Shown here piece after piece: positions 41,248-52,899 of a DNA stretch of 64,000 bases. The translations under genes were made by a program, and so were the position numbers. A model generated the notes under the pieces. It searched no databases. It was not told the origin of the DNA and worked only from the letters and a program-made list of their open reading frames with translations. The DNA is from Mobula hypostoma (taxonomy: Eukaryota). Location of the stretch: NCBI RefSeq assembly GCF_963921235.1, contig NC_086097.1:86678001-86742000 (forward strand), read 5' to 3'. Every line of letters starts with the position of its first letter. Position 1 is the first letter of the stretch.

Positions 41248-41937
41248 CAGTAAGTCCCCGAGTTAAGAGCGTCCGACTTACGGACAACTCGTACTTACGA
41301 ACGGACTGCCATAAAGCCTATTATATTAAAAATTTGAGTTCACGATTGAAAATGAAGTGGAAATAATAGAGCTCGGAAAGAGGTGAAATGCCATCTGTCA
41401 TTGGAAAAGCGTTAGGCTACAATCGGTCAACGATCGGAACAATTTTAAAGGATAAAATGAGAATAATGGATCATGTGAAAGGTCCTGCCCCGATGGAAGC
41501 TACAATTATTACTAAGCAATGCAGTGGTTTAATTATTGAAATGGAAAGGCGAGTGATTTTCCTGAAATGTTGAAAAAAAAATTGAGGAAGGAGGTTATTT
41601 GCCAGACCAAATATTTAATGTAGACGAGACTGGCTTATTTTGGAAAAAAATGCCTGGAAGGACCTACATTTCGAAAGAGGGGAAGAAGTGCACCAAGGCA
41701 TAAGGTGTTGAAGGATAGCTGACGTTATTGCTTGGAGGTAACGCATCCAGGAATTTCAAGCTCAAGCCTTTGCTTGTGTATATACATAAAAAGGTAAAAT
41801 ATATACTATATACTAAGACAAACATTTGACTTACTGATGCTAAATAAGAACCATATGTACCTGTTCCGACTTACCGACAAATACAACTTAAAAACTGACT
41901 TGGGAACGGATCTCGTTCGTAACCCGGGGCCTGCCTG
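41248..41937 (+). mobile_element. Tigger/pogo-type element, internally deleted
   Basis: TA-flanked TIRs CAGTAAGTCCCCGAGTTA / TAACCCGGGGCCTGCCTG. CENP-B-like HTH (LGYNRSTIGTILKDK) and IFNVDETGLFWKKMP. Confidence 0.9.
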
Positions 41938-42745
41938 TACGTAAGGAGTAAAAATCTTTATGTTACGTCTCTATCTGAATGTGCAATGTGCAAATTATAG
42001 TAATTTGAAATAAGTAGTATGTATAGTAAGATATACAACAGAACAGTCAATATAGCTTAGAAATACAATTGTATCAGTGTGAATTTATCAGTCTGATGAC
42101 CTGGTGGAAGAAGCTGTCCCGGAGCCTTTTGGTCCTGGCTTTAATGCTGCGGTACTGTTTCCCTGATGGTAGCAGCTGGAACAGATTGTGATCCCCAATG
42201 ATACTTTGGGCACTTTTTACGCGCCTGTCGCTGCAAATGTCCTGAATATTGGTAAGTTAACATCCACAGGTGTGCTGGGCTGTCCGCACCACTCTCTGTG
42301 CAGAGCCCTGCGATTGAGGGAAGTACAGTTCCCATACCAGGCAGTGATACAGCCAGTCAGGATGCTCTCAATTGTACCACCTGTCGAAAGTCCTTAGGAT
42401 TTAGGGACTCATGCCAAACTTCTTCAACCATCTGAGGTGAAAGAGGCACTGTTGTGCTTTTTTCATCTCACAGCCGGTGTGTACAGACCAAGTGAGATCC
42501 TCAGTGATGTGTATACAAAGGAACTTGAAGTGGTTCACCCTCTTAACCCCAGATCCATTGATGTCAATAGGGGTGAGCCTGTCTCTGTTCCTCCTGTAGT
42601 CCACAACCAGCTTCTTTGTTTTTGCGACATTGAGGGAGAGGTTGCTTTCTGAACTGCAGTCTGTCGGGGTAATGACTTCTTCTCTGTAGGCTGCCTCATT
42701 ATTATTTGAGATAAGGCCAATCAATGTAGTATCATCTGCAAATTT

Positions 42746-43345
42746 TTAGATTATGAAGACACATAGTCCCCTTTTATTGTCATTTAGTAATGCATGCATT
42801 AAGAAATGATACATTATTTCCTCCGGTGTGATATCACAAAGCACAGGACAAACCAAGATTGAAAAGACTGAAAAAACTGACAAAACCACATAATTATAAC
42901 ATATAGTTACAAACAGTGTAACAATACCATAACTTGATGAAGAAAGTCCGTGAGCACAGTAAAGTTCAAAGTTTCTCAAATGTCCCACATCTCATGCAGA
43001 CGGGAGAAGGAAGAAAAACTCTCCCTGCCATGCTGACCACAATTCGACTTTGAGTCATTCGAAAACTTCGATCTCTGATCAGCTCTCCGACACTGAGTAC
43101 TGAGCGGCATCTCTGCCGAACGATTCGACCTCCTTCTCAGTCGCCAAAAGCAGGCAAACCAGGTATTTTGAGGCCTACCCTCCGAAAGATTCCCGACCAC
43201 ACAGTAACGACAGCAGCGGACGGGCGTTTCAGAAATTTCTCCAGATGTTCCTCTGTGCTTTCACGTCCATTCTCCATCAAATCAGAATTGTCCACAGCCC
43301 CTAATTAACAGATACGACATCATTTTTCACCGGAGGGCTGCACGT
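42746..43345 (-). mobile_element. Unclassified non-autonomous retroposon inserted in Rex1
   Basis: It interrupts the Rex1 KFADD region, which resumes at TTGGAGCTGTGGG. CpG-rich, with an AATAAAAG...ATAATCTAA tail on the minus strand. Confidence 0.55.
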
Positions 43346-45438
43346 TTGCACGTTGGAGCTGTGGGTGGCAACACATTCATGGGTGTACAGAGAGTAAAGG
43401 AGGAGGCTTAGAGCACAGCCCTGAGGGGCAGAGGTGAGGGAGCCCACTCTTACTACCTGCCAGCGATCTGACAGGGAGTCCAGAATCCAGCTGCACAAGA
43501 CAGGGTGAAGGCCGAGGTCTCTGAGCTTCTTGTCAAGCCTGGAGGAAATCACGGTGTTGAATGCTGAACTGTAGTTCAAGAATCGCTTTCTCACGTAAGC
43601 ATCCCTCCTGTCCAGGTGTATAAGGACGGCGTGTAGAGCTGTGGCTATTGCGTCATCTGTTGATTAGTTGTGTTGGTAGGCTGGTCGTGAGAGCCCAAAC
43701 GCTTTGGTGCCTTTTTGCAGATGGCAGGAGGGAGAAGAGTTTATATGAGGAGTGCGTGGGGTCCTTCATAATGCTGTTTGCTTTACGGATGCAGCGTGTG
43801 GTGTAAATGTCTGTGATAGTGGGAAGAGAGACCCCGATGATCTTCTCAGCTGACCTCACTATCTGCTGCAGGGTCTTGCGATCCGAGATGGTGCAATTTC
43901 CCAACCAGGCGGTGATGCAGCTGCTCAGGATGCTCTCAATACAACCTCTGTAGAATGTGATGAGGATGTGGGGTGGGAGATGGACTTTTCTCAACCTTCG
44001 CAGAAAGTAGAGACGCTGCTGGCTTTCTTTGCTATGGAGCTGGTGTTGAGGGACCAGGTGAGATTCTCTGCCAGGTGAACACCAAGAAATTTGGTGCTCT
44101 TAACGATCTCTGTGGAGGAGTTGTCCATGTTCAGTGGAGAGTGGTTGCTCGGTGTCCTCCTGAAGTCAACAACCAATTCTTTTGTTTTGTTTGCATTCAG
44201 CATATGTGTCTTTTTTGTCCAGGTGGGTTAAGGCCAGGTGAGTTATTGAGGTGAGTGCAACAGGAGCCAGTCGTTCAGACGTGTTCCCTTGGTCTTTTTA
44301 GGTACAGGAACAATGGTGGATGCTTTGAAGCAGGAGGGCACTCTGCACTAGGAGAGGGAGAGATTAAAAACTTCTGCAAGTACACTAGCCAGTTGTGCCA
44401 TGCACACTCTGAGTATCTGCCCTGGGATGCCATCTAGTCGTCTGTTCACTCATTGGAAACACCTTTGTACTTTAGCTTCAGAGATGACTAAGGTTCAGGT
44501 AGCCTTGGGGGCTCAGTGTTGGTGACATCGAACTGAGCGTGTTGGTTTGCAGTGCCCTTTTCCCTCCAAACATAGCGGTGTGCATTTCTGCCAAAACTTT
44601 CAATTTTTGTCTCACCTGTCCACATAACATTGTCCCAGAAGCATTGTGGAACATCCAGGTCGTTTTTTGGAAACTTCTGCTGTGCAGCAATGTTTTATTT
44701 GGAGAGCAGTGCTTTCCTTTGTGGTGTCCTTCCAATAACACTATACTTGTTCAGAGTTTTTCTTTTAGTGGACACATGAACAGAGACTTTCACAAGTTCC
44801 AGAGTTTTCTGCAGGTCTTTTGCTGTTGCCCTTGGTGCCTTTTTCACCTCCTTCAGCATTCATTGTTTGGAACACCTAACTCCAAACAGGTTTTGTAGAA
44901 GGCATTACCCCAGAGATTCACATACCTTTTTGAACCAAAACTGTGATTGTTTGAATGATGTACTCAGTATTGACGAGAAGAAGTACAATTGCTTTTGTGT
45001 TAATAGTTTAGGCAGAATGTGTCTGTCTATTATTGTGACTTAGACAAAGATCAGACCACATTTTATGAGTAATTAATGCAGAAAACTAGGTAATTACAAG
45101 GGGTTCACAAACTTTTTCTTGCAATTGTAGTTATTTGCATGCCAGATGATCGAAGGAGTTTGTAAGGGCATTGATGAAAAACGTCACATGTAATTTTTTG
45201 CCAGGAAATAGAACTAGCATAAAACAAGTAATTACAATTTTTTTGACTGAAAGTGCAGAAAAATATAAAAGTGCATAGAGTTAATAGACTAATGGATTTT
45301 ATGCCAATTTGTGTATGTATAATACAAAAGTAGGGTTACATAGGGTTACATGCAGACAAAATATCATATATTTGTGGTTGTGTGCTTTGAAGTTGCATGT
45401 TGTAGGAATAATGCTAAAACAAGAGACTGGATTCAGTA

Positions 45439-45763
45439 ACACACATCAAAGTTGCTGGTGAACGCAGCAGGCCAGGCAGCATCTCTAGGAAGAGGTACAG
45501 TCGATGTTTCAGGCCGAGACCCTTCGTCAGGACTAACTGAAGGAAGAGTTAGTAAGAGATTTGAGAGGGGGAGGGGGAGATCCAAAAATCCCCCTCCCAC
45601 TTTCAAGTCTCTTACTAACTCTTCCTTCAGTTAGTCCTGACGAAGGGTCTCGGCCTGAAACATCGACTGTACCTCTTCCTAGAGATGCCGCCTGGCCTGC
45701 TGCGTTCACCAGCAACTTTGATGTGTGTTGCTTGAATTTCCAGCATCTGCAGAATTCCTGTTA
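45439..45763. mobile_element. Palindromic Penelope-like insertion (two inverted pseudo-LTRs), each with a hammerhead core
   Basis: ~130-bp near-perfect inverted arms. 13-bp TSD ACTGGATTCAGTA at 45426-45438 and 45764-45776. Hammerhead motifs at 45499-45534 (-) and 45633-45668 (+). Confidence 0.9.
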
Positions 45764-46456
45764 ACTGGATTCAGTATAATGTTGCTCAGTTTGAGGAAAT
45801 ACAAATTTTGACTTCTGTTTCTCTTAGAATGGAGAATCAAGGTAGGTGATTTACTAAAGCCTTCTTGATATTACAGAAGTCACTACAAACAAGTGAAAGA
45901 GTCTATAATCAAGTGTTTGCAAGTGAAAGAAGGTTTCTAGGAAAGTTGACAAATATGTTATAATTCATAAGTTATTGAAATCAATAAGTTTTATATATTT
46001 ATCGAGATACAGTGCGGAATAGACCCTTCTGGCTCTTGGAGCTGTTCTGCCCAGCAACCCCTGGTAGTGAGATGGTTAGCACAATGCCAAATAATACCAG
46101 CAACCCAGGTTCAATTCCCACCACTGTCTGTAAGGAGTTTGACCATGTGGGTTGCCGCCTACAGTCCGTAGACGTACCAGTTGGTAGGTTAATTGTAAAT
46201 TGTCCTGGGATTAGGCTAGGGTACTAGTACTTTTTTAAGGCCAATTTTTAAGTTTATTAGTAAACGAAAGTGAGGCAACATGAAGGTAGACAGCCTTACA
46301 CGGTTAGGATCTTGAAGTACTAGTTTTTGGATGCAGATTCAATAGAAATTTTCTGAAGAAAATTAGATGTGTATATTTGAAGGAGTCAAAGAAATTTAAG
46401 TGGAGCCCTGGAGTGAAGCTGATTGAATTACCCTTCAAAAGGCTCAGTCCTTGTCT

Positions 46457-47019
46457 CAGACATCCCACCTCTCCCGGAACTTCCGGGAGTCTCCCGCATA
46501 TTAATAGTGGTTCCCTGATGCCCGCAAATAACATACAATATCATGGAAATCAATTTTTTTGAGAGCGAGTGAGAGAAAAGCAAGAGAGCATGAGAGCGAC
46601 CACGAGACAGAGCACGCACGCGAGAGAGAGAGCGAGAGCGATGGCGAGCGAGAGAGGGAGAGAGAGCGAGCGAGAGCGTGCCATGGCAGAGTGTTCCAAA
46701 AAGATATAAAACGTACGTCACCCCAGACTACACTAAAGTGTACCCCTGCCTAATAGGGGTCAAAAAATGACAGTGATGCTCGCTGCACTGTTTGCAACAG
46801 TGAATTTTCTATTGCCCATGGTGGGTTAAGACTGTAAAAGACATGTTGAGGTGAGCTTAACAGGTGTCATTCGTTCATTAGCATAGCGAACGTTATTTAA
46901 ACTAGCTGGCTAGCTGCTAAGGAGCTACTCTACTGCAGACATCCCACCTCTTCCGGAAGTCTCCCGCAAATTGATGGTGCTACCTCCCTGAAATGAGTTT
47001 TTGCAGGGTGGGATGTCTG
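46457..47019. mobile_element. Composite MITE with an internal GA-rich microsatellite
   Basis: TIRs CAGACATCCCACC / GGTGGGATGTCTG, 6-bp TSD TTGTCT, and an internal copy of the left TIR at 46936. Second copy at 58935-59557. Confidence 0.9.
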
Positions 47020-48959
47020 TTGTCTAGTGCACCAAATTGATAGTATCAATGCTGTACAGTTCTTAATTTGATGACTAATATTCTAAGACAAAATAAAAAT
47101 TTAGGGCAGAAAACATTGTTTTTTACACAAAAGATTCGGACAATGGAATGTACCAAGTTTTATTGCTATTGCAAGAAGAGGTTGGTACATCGATGTAACA
47201 CTGTCATAGAGGCAGTGCCCAGGTTATGACAGAGGTCAGTTCCTGAGAACTATTTCTAAGTCAAAAACTAGTGAAAACAGTGTGTAAGAGCACATCACAG
47301 CAGCAGCTGCGATGGGGAAGTGAGCAGGTATGAGAAGAGCAGCCACCAGCCAGTCTTGCTGATCCAGTGACATCGGCCATCCAGCCCATCAAGTCTGCTC
47401 CACCAGAGTGATGCTACAGCAGACAAAATCCTTGCTGTAGTACCAAGTCTTGGTCTCTTCTCCTTCAGCTGGGAAGAAGAGATATACTGGTGATGCTGCC
47501 TTTAAAACAAAATGTCTTTAAATTAGATAATTACAGAGTATCATTCCACTGTCTGTCGAAGGGAAAGTGATGGAGAGGATTCCCATTCTCCTTCATGCAT
47601 GTATGACGGATGGGAAATGTTTCAAAGTACTGAAGTGCCACCAACAATATCTTGTAAAGCCACTCAGTGTTTTCTCGCTGCCTCCTCTTCTTTTATATGC
47701 AATCCCTTGGAATTAATGATGACTTGCTTTCACTTCACTTCAACCTGATCTGAGGTGGCTGGAGACCTCTCTGGGATTCACTGAATTGTTGCAGAGGGCC
47801 AGAAGATTCTTTGGAGTGTGGGTGAATTCTGTTTTCAGGATGTTGTGTCCACTGTCTGCACATTGGCTCTGCAATACTTGTTTAGTGCTTATTAATTCCC
47901 TGAATGGATCTTCCCCATTTGAGTGGTCATGTCCTTTCCCATGGCAATATTCCTATCATCAAGTCTATGCATAGACCCAATCAGTTGTTATGAACGGGTC
48001 ATGCCGTCTGCATGTTCAGCTTCTAAATCAAGTATGTATTACTTGAAGCTTCTTCACAAGGTTTTCTGGACAAAAACTTGTTGCACATGTTACAAGTTCT
48101 GTTTTTAAAAGTATATTATCTTCATAAATTTGGAGGAATCCTTGGTCTGTGACCATTCAAATTAAGGATGTCAAATCCAAAGCTAGCAAAGGCAGGCTAC
48201 ACTATTTAACCACTTGTATATCTGAGGCTGGAATGGAACAGACAATCTTATGGAGGTACAAGTGGGCTATATCAATAGTAGCATAGGTATGTTCCCATGA
48301 ACTGACCTTTGGGCAAAGCGGAGGGTACATGTTTATCCACAGAAATCAAGGGACAAATTGTAAGAAAGGTACCTGCAGTGGTAAATTCAATAATATTGTT
48401 ATAAGCTGGAGGAAATTTATGCTTGTGCATTACTGGATATTGAACAGATGGTGTAACAAAAGAGGAGTGATGCACAGTATGGACTATCCCACATTACAGA
48501 GGGGTTGTGCTCCTCAAAAGCCATCTGTTTCGTGTCATTCTCCTTTTCCCATTGAATCTTGTGTCATAGGTTGAGATGTGTTCCTATGAGATATTTTTCC
48601 TCTCATGTTCGTCTGTCTTATTGTTGATGACAAAGTGACTTCGCGACTCTAGTTAACAGCTGAGGCCAACACTACTCTCGGGAGACGGACAAGGCTTTTC
48701 AATTAGGAAAGGATTTAGGAAGTGGGGATATCAGGAAAAGAGATAGAATTTATGGATTGGGATTCATAGGTGAAGAGTTGTGCAGAAGGAGATCGGGGAT
48801 TGAGGGGTAGTCGGTTAAAATTCAGTGACTTCATGGAAGTAGAGTAAAGACCAAGTGATTGTTAAGATATGCCATGACCATTGTGGCCTCTCACAAATAA
48901 ACTGCCTCCAAGATGAAGATTGCAGTGCATTGCATTTTGAGATATCTGGGCACTTGCAT

Positions 48960-49530
48960 TCAGAATCAGGTTACATATCACTGACATAGGCCATGAAATT
49001 TATTTTGTAGTAGCCATAGAGTGCAATACATAAAAATACTATAAATTACAATATGAAATATATCAAAAATATTAAATGAAGTAATGTGAAAAGAGCAAAA
49101 ATTGTGAGGTCGTGTTCATGGGTTGGTTAACTGTCCATTCAGAAATCTGATGATGGAAAGGAAGAAGCTGTCTTTAACACATTGAGTGTGTCCCTTCAGA
49201 CTCCCATACCTACTCTCTGATGGTGCTGTGGGTCCTTAATGATGGATGCTTCCTTTTTGAGGCATTGCCTTTTGAAGTTGTTGTCAATGCTGGGGAGGCT
49301 AGTGCCCATGATGGAGTTGACTGAGTTTGTAATCCTCTGCAGCTTTTGCCGATTCTGTGCAGTGGCTCCTCGTATCAGACAGTGATGCAACCAGTTAGAA
49401 TGTTCTCCATGTGGCATCTGTAGAAATTTGCTAGCATCTTTGGTGATGTAATAAGTCTCCCCAAACTCCTAATTGAATATAGCCACTAGCATGCTTTCTG
49501 CATAATTACATCAATATGTTGTGCCCGTGA
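48960..49530 (-). mobile_element. Rex1/Babar LINE 3' fragment
   Basis: QKLQRITNSVNSIMGTSLPSI...CLKKEASIIKDP and an AACCTGATTCTGA tail. Confidence 0.75.
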
Positions 49531-49934
49531 GCTTCAGAGATGATTTTCAGAGATGCAATGTTCTGATTGGACAGGGCATGGCAAAGAAGAGGCTTGCCTT
49601 GACTGCCAACCTGATTGATGTGGTGATGTCTTATTGCTCTTGGTATTGAGTGACTGAAAAGCAACTGTACAGTAGTAATTAATTTATATAAGAGTCAAAA
49701 GAGACTGGGCATGGGTAAAGAGTGTAGTTAAATAGATTGTTTTTCATATCAAATGCCGCAGATTCTGAAGGCCTAATGGCTGTTTTCTGGAGTTTACTCC
49801 TCCCATTCTGTAAGGGATAGTTCAGTATTGTGGCAGTGGTGTGAAAAACTAATGAAAGGAAATTGTGGTAAAGATGAACATGAGTTGTCAACAAGTTCAT
49901 TTACATGGTGAGGAAAGACAATTTGGGTGATGGG

Positions 49935-50408
49935 TAGGGTTGCCAACTGTCCCGTATTAGCCGGGACATCCCATATATTGGGCTAAGTTGGTTTGTCCCA
50001 TATGGGACCGCCCTTGTCTCATGTTTCCCCTGCAAAGGTAGAGCATTCCGATGAAACCGTTCGTAAGCCGAAATGGCGTAAAGCGAAGAAGCAATTACCA
50101 TTAATTTATATGGGAAAAATATTTGAGCATTCCCAGACCCAAAAAATAACCTACCAAATCATACCAAATAACACATAAAACCTGAAGTAACACTAACATA
50201 TAGTAAAAGCTACATCGGGAAGATTAAGCCAAAACAGATTTGTAGAAAAAAATTGGCACGTACACACATGCACACGTCACGCATGCGCACACAGGTGCCC
50301 ATGCAAGGCCTCATGGTCATGGTAGTCTTACTCGGGATAAACACAAGTGTCCCGTATTTGACTGCTACTTTTGTCCCTTATTTGGGAGTGAGAAAGTTGG
50401 CAACCCTA
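49935..50408. mobile_element. hAT (Tip100-like) MITE
   Basis: TIRs TAGGGTTGCCAACT / AGTTGGCAACCCTA and a perfect 8-bp TSD GTGATGGG (49927-49934, 50409-50416). Confidence 0.92.
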
Positions 50409-50497
50409 GTGATGGGCCTACACCAAACAACATCCTGTAGGGTGGGATGCAGTTCAGCAATGCCTTTCTTATGGAAAGCAAAGGAGCAAAGAACGAA

Positions 50498-50670
50498 ATG
50501 ATTTTATAATGCCTCCCTTATGACCTCAAGTCATCTGCTTAATAGCTAATAACATACTTGTGAAATGCAGATGATATTGTGGTATCAGAAATAGGACTGG
50601 CAATGTGCACACAGCATGTTCCACAAGCAATGTGATTACCTAATCTGTTTTAGTGATATTGATTGATATT
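50498..50670 (-). mobile_element. Ancient Deu-domain SINE 3' remnant (SacSINE1-like)
   Basis: TGACCTCAAG...GCACACAGCATGTTCCACAAGCAATGTGAT...TAATCTGTTTTAGTGATATTGATTGA resembles the reverse of the recalled SacSINE1 3' half. Confidence 0.55.
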
Positions 50671-50750
50671 TATAAGCTAGAACTTAAAAAGTGAATTGTA
50701 GTCAACAGTAATGTTGAAGTCTTATGGATCAGTTGTAAATAAAAGCCTAA

Positions 50751-50930
<180 letters not shown>

Positions 50931-52899
50931 TGAACTCACTGGTTCTGCAATCATTGCCTGCCATTCAAAAGTGCTTTTTCTTTACTTAGTTTCTAAAATT
51001 TCACATTCATTAAAAACTATCAGCAACTTTTGCTTTAAAATGTGGAAGTTGTAGACCAATGCAATCTTAAGAGACGGAACCAATTATTCCTTGTTCCAGT
51101 CTTGTAAGTAGTTTTCAAAATTGATTTTGCGAAGAGTAATAATTACAGCATTTGTGTGATATGAATGATGATATTACACAGTTCACATTCATACTTGTTG
51201 ATTTGCAACAAATTATCCTTTCATTAAATCTAACAATTAAATTAACTGAAATCCTTTCAAAAATTTTATTTACAAATCATGCTTACGTCTGCCAACCTCC
51301 CCTAACTTTAGTTAAGTAGTGCATTTTTAAAAGAGACATCACCCCTGCTTTAAATTTCCCTTTTAAGTTTTGCCCTCAAGCTGACAAAACATTTGCACCC
51401 CCACAATTTTGATCTCTTGCATTTATTTGCTCTGTCTGTGGTGGCAAAACCTTCAGCTCAAACCAATGCCATTTTCAACCACTGAATAATTAACTAATTA
51501 TTACTTGTATAAATATATTAATGAATTCATGGTCTGCTTTGGTGAATCTTTGTATTCAGTATGATTGCTGGCAATTTTGGTTTGATGTTTGAGAGATGAA
51601 AAACTTTAGTAGGATTAGAGGAATTTACAGCAGAACAACTTAATAACTTTATTTGAAGTAAATTATAGCATATTTATAAAATACTGAAGTTCATGGAATT
51701 TATGAAGACATGGAGTAGAATATTTTAAGTATTTCTATTTTCAAGTAATAATTTGATTAAATAGTAATTGAAGTGATAAGAGGTGGGAAAAGTATTTGGT
51801 AAACCAAAAGCATTTCTCTTTATGTTTGGTTGGAGAGTGACTAGAACTCATTGGTCTTGTCATATTTGGCAGGGCTGTGCACTTACAATGAATTTAAAAA
51901 TGACATTTTAATTATAAGAATTGATAAGGGAAGTAAAAATTCAGGATTTTCTCTCAGATGTATGATTATTAGATTTGTAGATTTTTGCTTTTTAAGTTTG
52001 AACACTGGTTTAATGTGTTACATGAATGACAATGGTTTTAGCTAGTTCTGGATAAGTAGGATATAAATCAGGATTATGGGATTTTTTTCTCCGCTGTGAT
52101 TGTTAGGGAATGACTTATTTAATGTCCAACACTCCTTTGAAACACAGTGGCATTCATGCTGTCATTTGAACATAGAGGCTATAAATATGGCTGCTGTAGA
52201 ATGATTTATAAATATAAGGTTCCTATCAATTTTAGACATATTGTATATATACCAGAGAATTTATATGGTCTGTGAATTATGATTCAAACTGCATAAATTA
52301 TCTCAATAATAGTCGAGTTATTTGTACAGGAAATACATTGAATAGTTGAATACAAATTATTTGTAATAAAATAAAATCCAGCCTTTTGTACCATTATAGT
52401 TACCAAGCTTGATTAACAGGAGAACTATCTAGTTATTTTTAATCTGGTTGCAAAAATATTGTAGTTTTATAGAATGCTGTATTCTTCTTTTAGTATAAAT
52501 TGAAAGCTCTCTTAGTTTGATATCCATTCTGTAAATTCAGACAGTGACCTTATGAGCTGTTAGCTGGAGAGCTGGTGTGTTCATCTGGGCACATTGAAGT
52601 CAAGTGTTCTATAGATACAGCTAGTGGCTAATGTGGGTCATTGAGCGTCTTTCTGGATTCTGCTGGGAAATCTTCAGTCTCCACGGGAGGTTGAAGGCAG
52701 GGGCTCTGTGTATCATGGGGGGAGTTTGGGGAGTGTTAGGAGATAGGTTAGGAATTCAGTGATCAGGTTTTTGTTCCCTGAGTTGGTTTGTTGTGTCTTA
52801 CAGTTCTTTTCCAACAAGGTGCCATGTGTCTTGTGATTGCAACAAGGTTGTTACCTGCTGTTTCACAGACAAGCAGATGTGATTTTAAACAATTATGTA

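Larger units (their letters stand above)
41211..44440 (-). mobile_element. Cluster of Rex1/Babar LINE fragments inside the Tc1
   Basis: LSLNVAKTKKLVVDYR, KKAQQCLFHLR, YSSAFNTV, PQGCALS and FYRGCIESILSSCITAW in several minus-strand pieces. Confidence 0.8.
40543..45127 (-). mobile_element. Tc1-family transposon (same family as 34599-36512) split by nested insertions; pieces 40543-41210 and ~44538-45127
   Basis: TA-flanked TIRs CAGTTACAAAAAAAAATGTTTATGAACCC / GGGTTCACAAACTTTTTCTTGCAATTG. MMQQDNDP motif on the minus strand. Confidence 0.85.

Noticed and set aside
46060..46225. tRNA gene (GGTTCAATTCCC B-box)
   Set aside because: No cloverleaf. It looks like a degraded tRNA-derived SINE head.
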